Assembly: GCA_040902755.1 (NCBI GenBank) | Contig: JBBDWS010000053.1 | Coordinates: forward strand, 1 to 34,539 | Length of the DNA: 34,539 nt | Direction of reading: 5' to 3' | Source of the DNA: Actinomycetota bacterium | Lineage (GTDB): Bacteria > Actinomycetota > UBA4738 > HRBIN12 | Shown here: piece by piece, positions 5,939-14,199 of the stretch | Numbering within the stretch: position 1 is the stretch's first letter | Layout of the letters: each line of letters starts with the position of its first letter | The notes under the pieces: model-generated | The model's input: only the letters and a program-made list of their open reading frames with translations | Told to the model about the DNA's origin: nothing | Database searches by the model: none | Program-made: the position numbers and the translations under genes

Positions 5939-6142
5939 CTACAGGGGCTTGACGTTGGCCGCCTGCTTGCCTTTCGGACCGTCGACGACGTCGAACTCGA
6001 CGGCCTGGCCCTCGGTGAGGGACTTGTAGCCCTCGCCCCCGATCGCGGAGAAGTGGACGAAGACGTCGTCCTCTCCTTCCCGCGAGATGAAGCCGAACCC
6101 CTTCTCGTTGCTGAACCACTTCACGGTGCCCTGCTCTGCCAA
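5939..6142 (-). CDS. cspA: Cold-shock protein (CspA family)
   Basis: Track ORF trimmed to TTG 6142, with AGGAGG 5 nt upstream. (L)[33 protein letters not shown] contains the RNP1/RNP2 motifs. Confidence 0.9.
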   Translation of the reverse strand: MAEQGTVKWFSNEKGFGFISREGEDDVFVHFSAIGGEGYKSLTEGQAVEFDVVDGPKGKQAANVKPL

Positions 6143-6236
6143 CGGACCCTCCTGTGCCTGGTGCCTGAGCGGCGGGGAGCCTAGCACGGAGGCTCGCGGC
6201 GCTCAATCCTGCTCCGGGTCTACGGCCCTTGCCCGC

Positions 6237-6587
6237 TCACCAATCGGGCTCGAGCGACCGTCCGTAGTCGTCCTCGAGGCGCAAGGTGTCGTCCTCGGTC
6301 GTGTATCCATAGGCGATCTCGAGGACACGGCCCCGCGCCTCCGCCGGGTTCGTGATCCGATGGGTCGTCTCCGCCGAGACCATGAACTCCTCGCCCGGGG
6401 TGGCCTCAACCACCTTGTTGCCGATCTGGAGTATGAGTCCGGCGTCGAGCACCACCCATATCTCGTCGCGCATCTGGTGATAGTGGACGCTCGTCTCTTG
6501 CCCGGGCTCCACCGTGATCACACGGACCGAGCTCGGCTGATTCAGGGCGTAGGTGACGACCTTTCCCCAAGGCTTGTCGATGATCAT
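6237..6587 (-). CDS. Cupin-domain protein (mannose-6-phosphate isomerase type II C-terminal-like)
   Basis: Trimmed to ATG 6587, 4 nt after the ribH stop. MIIDKPWGKV...VEPGQETSVHYHQMRDEIWVV...HRITNP...EDDTLRLEDDYGR matches the cupin_2/ManC C-terminal pattern. Confidence 0.75.
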   Translation of the reverse strand: MIIDKPWGKVVTYALNQPSSVRVITVEPGQETSVHYHQMRDEIWVVLDAGLILQIGNKVVEATPGEEFMVSAETTHRITNPAEARGRVLEIAYGYTTEDDTLRLEDDYGRSLEPDW

Positions 6588-6591
6588 CGGC

Positions 6592-7065
6592 TCAGCGTTC
6601 CTTCGGCAGCTGGTCGAGCACCGACGCCGTCTCCAGCGCGGCCATCGCCGCATCCCAGCCCTTGTTCCCGTGCTTGCCTCCCGCTCGGTCGATCGCCTGC
6701 TCGAGCGTGTCGGTCGTGAGGACCCCGAAGATCACCGGCACGCCGGTGTCCTCGGCTGCCGTTCGGATCCCGAGTGCCGCCTGGCCGGCCACGTGGTCGA
6801 AGTGCGGTGTCTCGCCTCGCACGACCGCCCCGAGACAGATGACGGCGTCGAAGCCACCCGAGGCAGCCAGCCGCCGCGACACGAGCGGAAGCTCGAACGC
6901 ACCCGGCACCCACGCGACGAGGAGGTCGTCCTCGTCGATCCCGTGCGCCCGAAGGCACTCGACGGCGCCCTCCAGGAGCTTGCCCGTCACGAGCTCGTTG
7001 AACCGCGCCACCACGATCGCGAGGCGGCGGCCGCGGGCCAGGAAGTCTCCCCGCACGTCCCTCAT
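6592..7065 (-). CDS. ribH: 6,7-dimethyl-8-ribityllumazine synthase
   Basis: 157 aa, ...IVVARFNELVTGKLLEGA...WVPGAFELP...; ATGA overlap with ribBA. Confidence 0.95.
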   Translation of the reverse strand: MRDVRGDFLARGRRLAIVVARFNELVTGKLLEGAVECLRAHGIDEDDLLVAWVPGAFELPLVSRRLAASGGFDAVICLGAVVRGETPHFDHVAGQAALGIRTAAEDTGVPVIFGVLTTDTLEQAIDRAGGKHGNKGWDAAMAALETASVLDQLPKER

Positions 7066-8321
7066 CGGACCTCCTCGTCGAGCGTATCGAGCCCGCCGAG
7101 CAGGTGGCCGAGCTTCTCTCGCTTCGTCCGCAGGTACTCGATGTTGCGGGCGTTCGGCCGGACCTCGAGCGGCTCGCGTTCCACGATCGACAGACCGTAG
7201 CCCTCGAGGCCGGCCCGCTTGGCCGGGTTGTTCGTCAGCAGGCGCATCGACCGCACGCCGAGGTCGACGAGGATCTGCGCCCCGATGCCGTAGTCTCGTG
7301 GATCGGCCGCGAAGCCGAGCTCGACGTTCGCCTCGACCGTGTCTCGCCCCCGCTCCTGCAGCTGGTAGGCGCGGAGCTTGTGCGTGAGGCCGATCGCGCG
7401 GCCCTCGTGCCCTCGGATGTACAGGACGACGCCGCGACCTTCCGCCCCGACCCGCTCGATCGCCGCCTCGAGCTGATCGCCGCAGTCGCAGCGCAACGAG
7501 CCGAACACGTCACCCGTCAGGCACTCGGAGTGCACGCGGACCAAGATCCGCTCGCCGTCGCCGACGTCGCCCAGGACGAAGGCAACGTGCACGTTCCCGT
7601 CGACGAGGCTCTCGTAGGTGAGGGCCGTGAACTCGCCGTGCTCCGTGGGGATGGATGCCTCGGCCGTGCGCTTCACGAGATGCTCGCGCCGGCGCCGGTA
7701 CTCGATAAGGTCCGCGATCGAGATCATCTTCAGACCGTGCGCTCGGGCGACCCGGACGAGCTCGGGCATCCGGGCCATCGTCCCGTCGGGGTGCAGGACC
7801 TCGCACAGCACGCCGGCCGGGTACCGGCCGGCCAGGCGGGCGAGGTCCACCGTGGCCTCGGTGTGACCCGCTCGCTTCAGCACGCCTCCCTCCTGCGCCA
7901 TCAGCGGGAACACGTGCCCGGGCATCCGGATGTCCTCGGCGCGAAGCTCCGGGTCGGTGATCGCCAGAACGGTCGCCGCGCGGTCGAACGCGCTCGTCCC
8001 GGTCGTCGTACGCCCCTGGATGTCTATCGAGACCGCGAAGGCGGTCCCGTGGCTCTCGTTGTTCTTCGAGACCATCAAAGGGATCCGAAGCTCGTCGAGG
8101 CGCTGCGGGGTCACCGGCATGCAGACGATCCCTCGACCGTGGGTGACCATGAAGTTGAGCGCCTCCGGCGTCGCCCGGTCCGCGGCCAGGACGAAGTCGC
8201 CTTCGTTCTCCCGGTCGGCGTCGTCGACGACGATCACCACCCGCCCCTCTCGGACGTCCTCGAGCGCCTCTTCGATCGTCGCGAACGCGTTCCGATCGAT
8301 CTCGTCCTGCGTGTGGCTCAT
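7062..8321 (-). CDS. ribBA: Bifunctional 3,4-dihydroxy-2-butanone-4-phosphate synthase / GTP cyclohydrolase II
   Basis: Track ORF 7062..8837 trimmed to ATG 8321 (ATGA overlap with the ribE stop). Motifs DRENEGDFV, HTEATVDLARLAG, VRVHSECLTGDVFGSLRCDCGDQL. Confidence 0.95.
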   Translation of the reverse strand: MSHTQDEIDRNAFATIEEALEDVREGRVVIVVDDADRENEGDFVLAADRATPEALNFMVTHGRGIVCMPVTPQRLDELRIPLMVSKNNESHGTAFAVSIDIQGRTTTGTSAFDRAATVLAITDPELRAEDIRMPGHVFPLMAQEGGVLKRAGHTEATVDLARLAGRYPAGVLCEVLHPDGTMARMPELVRVARAHGLKMISIADLIEYRRRREHLVKRTAEASIPTEHGEFTALTYESLVDGNVHVAFVLGDVGDGERILVRVHSECLTGDVFGSLRCDCGDQLEAAIERVGAEGRGVVLYIRGHEGRAIGLTHKLRAYQLQERGRDTVEANVELGFAADPRDYGIGAQILVDLGVRSMRLLTNNPAKRAGLEGYGLSIVEREPLEVRPNARNIEYLRTKREKLGHLLGGLDTLDEEVR

Positions 8322-8905
8322 GCGTCTCTCCCCTCGAGCAACGCTTCCACGTACTTCGCGATCACGTCCACCTCCAGGTTCACGGGGTCCTTCAGTTGGG
8401 CGGACCCGAGGGTCGTCGCCGCCAGCGTGTGCGGGATCAGGGCGACCGCGAACGTGTCGCCGTCGAGCGCGGCCACCGTCAGGCTCACGCCGTCGACGCA
8501 GACGGAGCCCTTCTCGACGAGGTAGCGGCGAAGGTCCTTCGGCGCGCGGATCGTGACCCACGCAGCGCCGTCCTTCTCCGGGGCGACCTCCACGACCTCG
8601 CCCACACCGTCCACGTGACCTTGCACGAGGTGCCCGCCGAGGCGGCTGGCCAACGTGAGCGGTCGCTCGAGGTTCACCGGGTCGCCCTGGGAGAGGCGCG
8701 CGAAGCTCGTCCTGCGAAGGGTCTCCTCGGACACGTCGAACGCGAGGTGGGCGTCCGATCGCTCGACGACCGTGAGGCACACACCGTTCACCGAGACAGA
8801 GGCACCGACCTCCGCGTCGGAGGTCACGGTTCGACATCCCACAGCGAGCCGGGATCCGCCGACCTCGCGCACGACCCCTCGCTCCTCAACGATCCCGGTG
8901 AACAT
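8318..8905 (-). CDS. ribE: Riboflavin synthase (alpha chain)
   Basis: 195 aa, MFTGIVEERG...VNGVCLTVV... with the duplicated lumazine-binding repeat. Confidence 0.93.
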   Translation of the reverse strand: MFTGIVEERGVVREVGGSRLAVGCRTVTSDAEVGASVSVNGVCLTVVERSDAHLAFDVSEETLRRTSFARLSQGDPVNLERPLTLASRLGGHLVQGHVDGVGEVVEVAPEKDGAAWVTIRAPKDLRRYLVEKGSVCVDGVSLTVAALDGDTFAVALIPHTLAATTLGSAQLKDPVNLEVDVIAKYVEALLEGRDA

Positions 8906-9986
8906 CGGCCTCCACCCTCAGATCCTCTCCCACGCGGTCGAACGAGCGCACCCGCAGGCCCACGGCGTTCGCGATCGGCGCGAACCCGCGCCCTCCGAGG
9001 ACGGTCGGCGCATCGGTGCCTCCGACCAGCTTCGGCGCGAGATAGACGACGACCTTGTCGACGAGGCCGTCCTCGATCGCGGCCCAGGCCAGCGTAGGCC
9101 CGCCCTCGAGCAGCACCGCCTGGACGTCCCGCTTCCCAAGGTCCGCAACGAGCTCGCCGAGCGGCACGCGCTCGCTCTCGGGCTCGTAGACGACGACCTC
9201 GGCACCGGCGGCCCTCCACTCCTCGCGGCGCTCCGAAGATGCGAGATCGGTGGTCGCGACGAGCGTCGGCGCGTCCTCGTCGAACAGATCACCGGTCGCC
9301 GGGACGCGCCCCCGCGCGTCGACCAGGATCCGGAGCGGCGCGCGTCCCCGATATCCGGGCAGTCGGACCGTCAGTGCGGGATCGTCGGCGAGCGCCGTCC
9401 CGGCTCCGACCACGATCGCGTCGGAGGACGAGCGCAGACGATGCACGTCGGCCCTCGCCGCCTCGCCCGTGATCCATCGCGACGAGCCGTCGCGGGCGGC
9501 GACCTTGCCGTCGAGCGAGGCGGCCATCTTCCACGTGACGAATGGCAGCCCCGTCCGCACGTGCTTCAAGAAAGCCTCGTTCTGGCGAGCCGCCTCGTCG
9601 CCGAGCGTGCCGAACTCAACCTCGATCCCGTGTGACTGAAGCTTCGCGAACCCACGGCCGTCGACGATGGGGTTCGGGTCGCGCATCGCGGAGACGACGC
9701 GGCCGATCCCCGCGGAAACGATCGCGTCGGTGCACGGGCCGGTGTGGCCGAAGTGGTCGCACGGCTCCAACGAGGTGAACAGGACCGCTCCCCGAGCGCG
9801 CTCGCCGGCCGCCTCGAGGGCCCGGATCTCCGCGTGCGGCGTCCCGGGCCCCTCGTGCCAGCCCTCGCCGGCGACACGGCCATCGGAGGTAACGACGACG
9901 GCGCCGACCATGGGGTTCGGGGACACCAGTCCCCGCCCACGCTCTGCGAGCGAGATCGCCCGCTCGATGTACACCTCGTCGGACAC
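8886..9986 (-). CDS. ribD: Bifunctional diaminohydroxyphosphoribosylaminopyrimidine deaminase / 5-amino-6-(5-phosphoribosylamino)uracil reductase
   Basis: Track ORF 8886..10145 trimmed to GTG 9986 (VSDEVYIERAISLAERG...). Motifs HAEIRAL and LEPCDHFGHTGPC, plus the reductase domain. Confidence 0.92.
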   Translation of the reverse strand: MSDEVYIERAISLAERGRGLVSPNPMVGAVVVTSDGRVAGEGWHEGPGTPHAEIRALEAAGERARGAVLFTSLEPCDHFGHTGPCTDAIVSAGIGRVVSAMRDPNPIVDGRGFAKLQSHGIEVEFGTLGDEAARQNEAFLKHVRTGLPFVTWKMAASLDGKVAARDGSSRWITGEAARADVHRLRSSSDAIVVGAGTALADDPALTVRLPGYRGRAPLRILVDARGRVPATGDLFDEDAPTLVATTDLASSERREEWRAAGAEVVVYEPESERVPLGELVADLGKRDVQAVLLEGGPTLAWAAIEDGLVDKVVVYLAPKLVGGTDAPTVLGGRGFAPIANAVGLRVRSFDRVGEDLRVEADVHRDR

Positions 9987-10051
9987 GTTGGCACCCCGAT
10001 CACGGGGCGCAGGTGGGGAGGGCAGGAGGCGGCAGCAAGCCGCTGCCGGCA

Positions 10052-10186
10052 CCGCCCGTCCTCTCCCATCCCGACTCTCACGGTCGGTCCCGGAATCGCG
10101 CCGGGTCCACCCTCGACCGGCTGCCGAGGGGTTGCGGACTGTCACCGCCGGTGGGGACTTGCACCCCGCCCCGAAGACGAGCTTCG
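10052..10186 (-). promoter_or_regulatory. FMN riboswitch (RFN element) in the ribD leader
   Basis: The minus strand reads CGUCUUCGGGGCGGGGUGCAAGUCCCCACCGGCGGUGACAGUCCGCAACC...GGACCCGGCGCGAUUCCGGGACCGACCGUGAGAGUCGGGAUGGGAGAGGACG. This matches the conserved RFN core. P1 is formed by 10173..10179 and 10057..10063. Confidence 0.9.
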
Positions 10187-10191
10187 GCCCA

Positions 10192-10221
10192 AGTATAGGC
10201 GGCTCTGGGAGAGCGTGGTAA
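10192..10221 (-). promoter_or_regulatory. Putative promoter of the rib operon (-35 TTACCA, 18-nt spacer, -10 TATACT)
   Basis: On the minus strand: TTACCA (10221..10216) and TATACT (10197..10192), just upstream of the riboswitch P1 stem. Confidence 0.4.
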
Positions 10222-10265
10222 GCCGATCGGGGCCGGGGATCGTCAGTGGCGAGGAGCGGGGGCGG

Positions 10266-11201
10266 TCACTCGATCTTGCGGCGGTCCACGGCGTAGGACG
10301 AGCTCGATTCGCGCTTGGCGAACTGCTTCATCTCCGTGGCGACGGCGACCGCCTCGCCGTAGTGCTCGAACATACGGACGTTCGTGGTCGCGATCCCGAC
10401 CGAGACGCCCGCGAGCGGCAGCTTCTGCATGACGCCCTTGCGGTCCTCCACCTCGACGTAGCCCCGCTGGAGGTCTTCCTGTTCGTAGAACTCGTGGATG
10501 CCGCCGTCGAAACGCTCGACGATCCGCTTCGCAACGTCCTCGGCCACCTCCGGCGGAACGACGGCCACGAAGTCGTCGCCGCCCACGTGCCCCACGAACC
10601 CCTCGGAGCCGGCGAACTCGACGACGGCGTCCTGGATGATCCTCGCCGTCGCCTGGATCAGCCGGTCGCCGCGCACGAACCCCTTCTGGTCGTTGTACGC
10701 CTTGAAGTTGTCGAGGTCGCTGTACAGCACGGCGAACGGGCGCTTGTCACGCACTCCCCGCTCGATCTCCTCCTGGATCCGGATGTTGCCCGGGAGTCCG
10801 GTGAGCGGCGAGAGGTTGCGCATCTCCTTGGCCCGGCGAAGCGTTCCCTTCACGCGCGCGAGGAGCTCGATCGGGTCGAACGGCTTGATGATGTAGTCGT
10901 CCGCGCCCGCCGTGAGGCCGAGCACCTTGTCGGTCGAGAGCGCCTTGGCGGTGAGCATGATGATCGAGGCGTTCGCCGTCTGCGGATTGCGGCGCAGGCG
11001 CTGCGCGACCTCGAACCCGTCGATCCTGGGCATCATCACGTCGAGCAGGACGAGGTCGGGCCGGAGCGCCGCCGCGCGTTCGAGCGCCTCCTCGCCGTCG
11101 GTCGCCACCGAGACCTCGTACCCCGCGCTCCGCAGGTTCACCTCGACGAACCGGGCGATGTCGGCGTCGTCGTCGACGACCAGGATCGTCTCGGGCATCA
11201 C
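10266..11201 (-). CDS. Response regulator with receiver and GGDEF-type output domain (signature GGDDF)
   Basis: 311 aa. Receiver motifs ILVVDDD...LVLLDVMMP...MLTAK. Output domain motifs LTGLPGNIR, DLDNFKAYNDQKGFVRGDRLI, HVGGDDFVAV. Confidence 0.9.
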   Translation of the reverse strand: MMPETILVVDDDADIARFVEVNLRSAGYEVSVATDGEEALERAAALRPDLVLLDVMMPRIDGFEVAQRLRRNPQTANASIIMLTAKALSTDKVLGLTAGADDYIIKPFDPIELLARVKGTLRRAKEMRNLSPLTGLPGNIRIQEEIERGVRDKRPFAVLYSDLDNFKAYNDQKGFVRGDRLIQATARIIQDAVVEFAGSEGFVGHVGGDDFVAVVPPEVAEDVAKRIVERFDGGIHEFYEQEDLQRGYVEVEDRKGVMQKLPLAGVSVGIATTNVRMFEHYGEAVAVATEMKQFAKRESSSSYAVDRRKIE

Positions 11202-11336
11202 GCCGTCCCTTCCGGTGGCTCGTCGAGGTGGTCATGAATGGCGTCGGCACGTGGGTCGACGGGCTTTACCGCCGCAGCGGGGTGTGAGGGGTCGGCAGGG
11301 TGCATCGGCCCCATCTGGGCGTTCACGCGCCCAATC

Positions 11337-12731
11337 CTAGCCGCGGGTCGACTCCCGACGGCGGAAGCCGGCCACGAACATCGCGTCGCATCCGTGCCGG
11401 TGCGGCCACAGGCGGATCCGAGGGGCCGGGCCGTCGGGCCCGGGAAGGTCGGCCGGCTCGAGCTCGGCCCCGTGACGCACGATCGCGTCGCAGGCCGCAT
11501 CGGTCTCGGCCCGAGGAAACGTGCAGACGCTGTAGACAAGGAGCCCGCCCGGACGCAGGAGCCCCGCGACGCCGGCGACGATCGCGACCTGAAGCCGCGC
11601 GAGTGCCGAGAGCTCGTCCCTCTGCACACGCCACAGGAGCTCGGGACGCCGTCGCGCGGCCCCGATGCCGGAGCAGGGCGCGTCCACGAGGATCCGGTCG
11701 AACGCACCACCAACGGCCGGACGCCGAGCATCCTGCACCACGACGTGCCCTCGGATCTTCAGCCGGTCCAGGGTGGACCGGACGAGGCCCGCGCGCGGGG
11801 TCGACGGATCGGTCGCGACGAGCGTCCCCTCCGGCCCGAGGAGACACGCGATGTGCGCCGCCTTCCCGCCGGGACCGGCGCATACGTCGATGACCCGCTC
11901 GCCCGGCTGCGGATCAAGCGCCCGCACCACGAAGGACGAGGCCTGGTCCTGCACGGCGAACCAGCCCTCCGCGAAGCCGGGGAACGAGGTCGGCGCCCCC
12001 GCCCGAACGATCAGGGACTCCTCGTGCAGCGCACCGCGCTCCGCGTCGATGCCGGCCTCGCGGAGCACGCGCTCGACCTCGTCGACGCTCGTCCGGCACG
12101 TGTTGGTCCGAAGCGTCGTCGCGCCGTGCTCGCCGAGAGCGTGTGCCGCCGCCTCGGCCTGGTCGCCGAGGAACAGCCGGAGCTCGTGGATCGCCCACGC
12201 GGCGAGTCCCGTCCGGACCGCGACGTCCTCGTCGCCGTCGCCTTCCGGCCAGCGCACACCCTCCCCGACGAGACGGCGAAGCACCGCGTTGACGAAACCC
12301 CGGTGTCGCGGCCCCGCGAGCCCGACCGTCTCCGACACGGCGGCGTGGTCGGGGATCCGCATGAACAGGATCTGATAGGCGCCGAGCCGGAGCAGCGCGC
12401 GAGCCTCCTTCGGCGCGGTGTCGAGGGACCGCTCGAGCAGCGGAGCGAGTGCGTAGTCGAGGGGGATCTTCTTGCGGATCGTCCCGTACGCAAGCTCCGA
12501 CGCGAGCGCCGCGTCCCGCTCGGACAGACCCGACCGCGCGATCGTCCTCGCGAGCGCGAGGTTCGAGTACGCGCCCTCGTCGATAACCCGCCGGATCACG
12601 TCGAGCGCCACCGAGCGGGCCGTGGTCGCCGGTTCGGGCTTCGCGGTGGCTCGAGCACCGGATGGACTCGAGGCCGCTCGCCGACCTCCGGGCGGGCTCA
12701 CCCGAGCTCGCCGGCCGTGGGGCGGGCTCAC
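11337..12731 (-). CDS. rsmB: 16S rRNA (cytosine967-C5)-methyltransferase RsmB/Sun
   Basis: NusB-like N-terminal domain (ALDVIRRVIDEGAYSNLAL) plus DVCAGPGGK, DAPCSGIGA and VYSVCT motifs. GTG start in a GTGA overlap with the fmt stop; an alternative duplicated GTG lies at 12701. Confidence 0.9.
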   Translation of the reverse strand: MSPPHGRRARVSPPGGRRAASSPSGARATAKPEPATTARSVALDVIRRVIDEGAYSNLALARTIARSGLSERDAALASELAYGTIRKKIPLDYALAPLLERSLDTAPKEARALLRLGAYQILFMRIPDHAAVSETVGLAGPRHRGFVNAVLRRLVGEGVRWPEGDGDEDVAVRTGLAAWAIHELRLFLGDQAEAAAHALGEHGATTLRTNTCRTSVDEVERVLREAGIDAERGALHEESLIVRAGAPTSFPGFAEGWFAVQDQASSFVVRALDPQPGERVIDVCAGPGGKAAHIACLLGPEGTLVATDPSTPRAGLVRSTLDRLKIRGHVVVQDARRPAVGGAFDRILVDAPCSGIGAARRRPELLWRVQRDELSALARLQVAIVAGVAGLLRPGGLLVYSVCTFPRAETDAACDAIVRHGAELEPADLPGPDGPAPRIRLWPHRHGCDAMFVAGFRRRESTRG

Positions 12732-13663
12732 CCGAGCCGCTCGTCGACCTCGGGACGGAACCCGTTCACGAAGTCGGCACCCGTCATCCGCTTTCGGCCC
12801 GCGGGAGAAAGCTCCAACGGCCGGAACCCCCCGTCAGCCGTCGCCACGACGATCCCGTCCTTGCTCACGTCGACGATCCGTCCCGGCTCGCCCTCGGCGT
12901 CGACGGCCTCGGCCCGGAAGACCTTCACGCTTTCATCGCGGAACGTCGTCGTCGCGGCCGGCTCGGGCGAGAGCGCGCGGACGAGGTTCACCAGCAGGCC
13001 GGCCGGGTTCGACCAGTCGAGTACACGCTCGTGCAGGGCGAACTTCGGTGCGAAGGTCGCGAGCGAATGGTCCTGGGGTCTCGGCGCGACGGGCCCCGCC
13101 CCGAGCATGTCGATGCTCTCGACGAGCACGTCCGCGCCGATGGCGGCCAAACGCGCACCGAGCGTCCCGGCATCGTCGGCCGGCCCGATGGGCTCCTCGC
13201 GCTGCAGGATCACCGGTCCGGTGTCCAGTCCGCGATCCATCACGATCGTCGAGACCCCCGTGATGTCATGGCCGAGCAGGAGCGCCGTCTGGACCGGGGT
13301 GGCGCCGCGAAGCCGGGGCAACAGCGAGAAGTGCAGGTTCACCGGGGCGATCGTCGGGACGTGCAGGACGGTCGCGGGCAGGATCTCGCCGTACGCCACC
13401 ACCGCGATCACGTCTGGCATCGCTGCAGCGAGATCCTTGAAGCCGGCACCGGTCTTGACGGTCTCGACCTCGGCCAGCGGGAGATCGAGCAGCAGCGCGG
13501 CCTCGGCGACGGACGTCGGCCTCAACTCGTTGCCGCGCCCGGCCGGCTTCGGCGCGGCGGTGATCACGATCGCGATCTCGTGCGGCGATCCGGCGAGCGC
13601 TCGCAGGGACGGCACCGACCAGGCGTCGTTCCCGAGGAACGCGACGCGTAGGGATCTGCTCAC
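12728..13663 (-). CDS. fmt: Methionyl-tRNA formyltransferase
   Basis: 311 aa, ...VAFLGN...VNLHFSLLPRLRGATPVQTALL... Confidence 0.95.
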   Translation of the reverse strand: MSRSLRVAFLGNDAWSVPSLRALAGSPHEIAIVITAAPKPAGRGNELRPTSVAEAALLLDLPLAEVETVKTGAGFKDLAAAMPDVIAVVAYGEILPATVLHVPTIAPVNLHFSLLPRLRGATPVQTALLLGHDITGVSTIVMDRGLDTGPVILQREEPIGPADDAGTLGARLAAIGADVLVESIDMLGAGPVAPRPQDHSLATFAPKFALHERVLDWSNPAGLLVNLVRALSPEPAATTTFRDESVKVFRAEAVDAEGEPGRIVDVSKDGIVVATADGGFRPLELSPAGRKRMTGADFVNGFRPEVDERLG

Positions 13664-13682
13664 GCCGCGAGGATACGCGCGT

Positions 13683-14189
13683 CTAGTGCTCGGGCGGTGC
13701 GTTCATCTCGAGCTCGCGGAGCTGTCGCATGACGTCGCGCCGGCCCTCATCCGTGAGGCGGTCGATGTACAGCATCCCGTTCAGATGGTCCGTCTCGTGC
13801 TGGAAGATGCGCGCGAGGAGCCCCTCGGCTTCCAGGTCGATCGGCCGCCCCTGCAGGTCCCGTCCGCGAAGGCGGACGCGTGAGGCCCGCACGGTCGGAT
13901 GGTAGGGACCCGGGATGGACAGGCATCCCTCTTCGAGGATGTCCTCACCGACGAGGTCGCTCACGATCGGGTTGGCGACGAATCCCGCACCCCCCTCCCG
14001 GTCGTCGTAGACGAAACACGCGGTCGACAGGCCGACCTGGTTCGCCGCCAGACCGACGCCGGGGGCTTCGTACATCGTCTCGAGCATGTCCTCCGCGAAA
14101 CGCCGCAGCGCGGCATCGAACGTCTCGACGGGACGGGTCTGCTCCCGAAGCACGGGATCGCCCAACGTTCGGATCGGCATGAGCGTCAC
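13683..14189 (-). CDS. def: Peptide deformylase
   Basis: Motifs GVGLAANQVG, EGCLSIPG and QHETDHLNG. Start taken as GTG 14189 (GGAG 6 nt upstream, overlapping the priA stop); ATG 14180 is the alternative. Confidence 0.93.
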   Translation of the reverse strand: MTLMPIRTLGDPVLREQTRPVETFDAALRRFAEDMLETMYEAPGVGLAANQVGLSTACFVYDDREGGAGFVANPIVSDLVGEDILEEGCLSIPGPYHPTVRASRVRLRGRDLQGRPIDLEAEGLLARIFQHETDHLNGMLYIDRLTDEGRRDVMRQLRELEMNAPPEH

Positions 14190-14199
14190 ACGTCGCTCC

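Noticed and set aside
7062-8837. Very long N-terminal extensions in the track ORFs for ribBA, ribD (to 10145), metK (to 18163), gmk (to 19593), pyrF (to 20976), carA (to 27518), pyrC (to 29194), efp (to 32338), pepQ (to 32478) and aroK (to 34384).
   Set aside because: The extensions are Arg-rich read-through across the upstream gene in another frame. Homology begins at internal ATG/GTG codons that coincide with ATGA/GTGA stop-start overlaps or good SD sequences.
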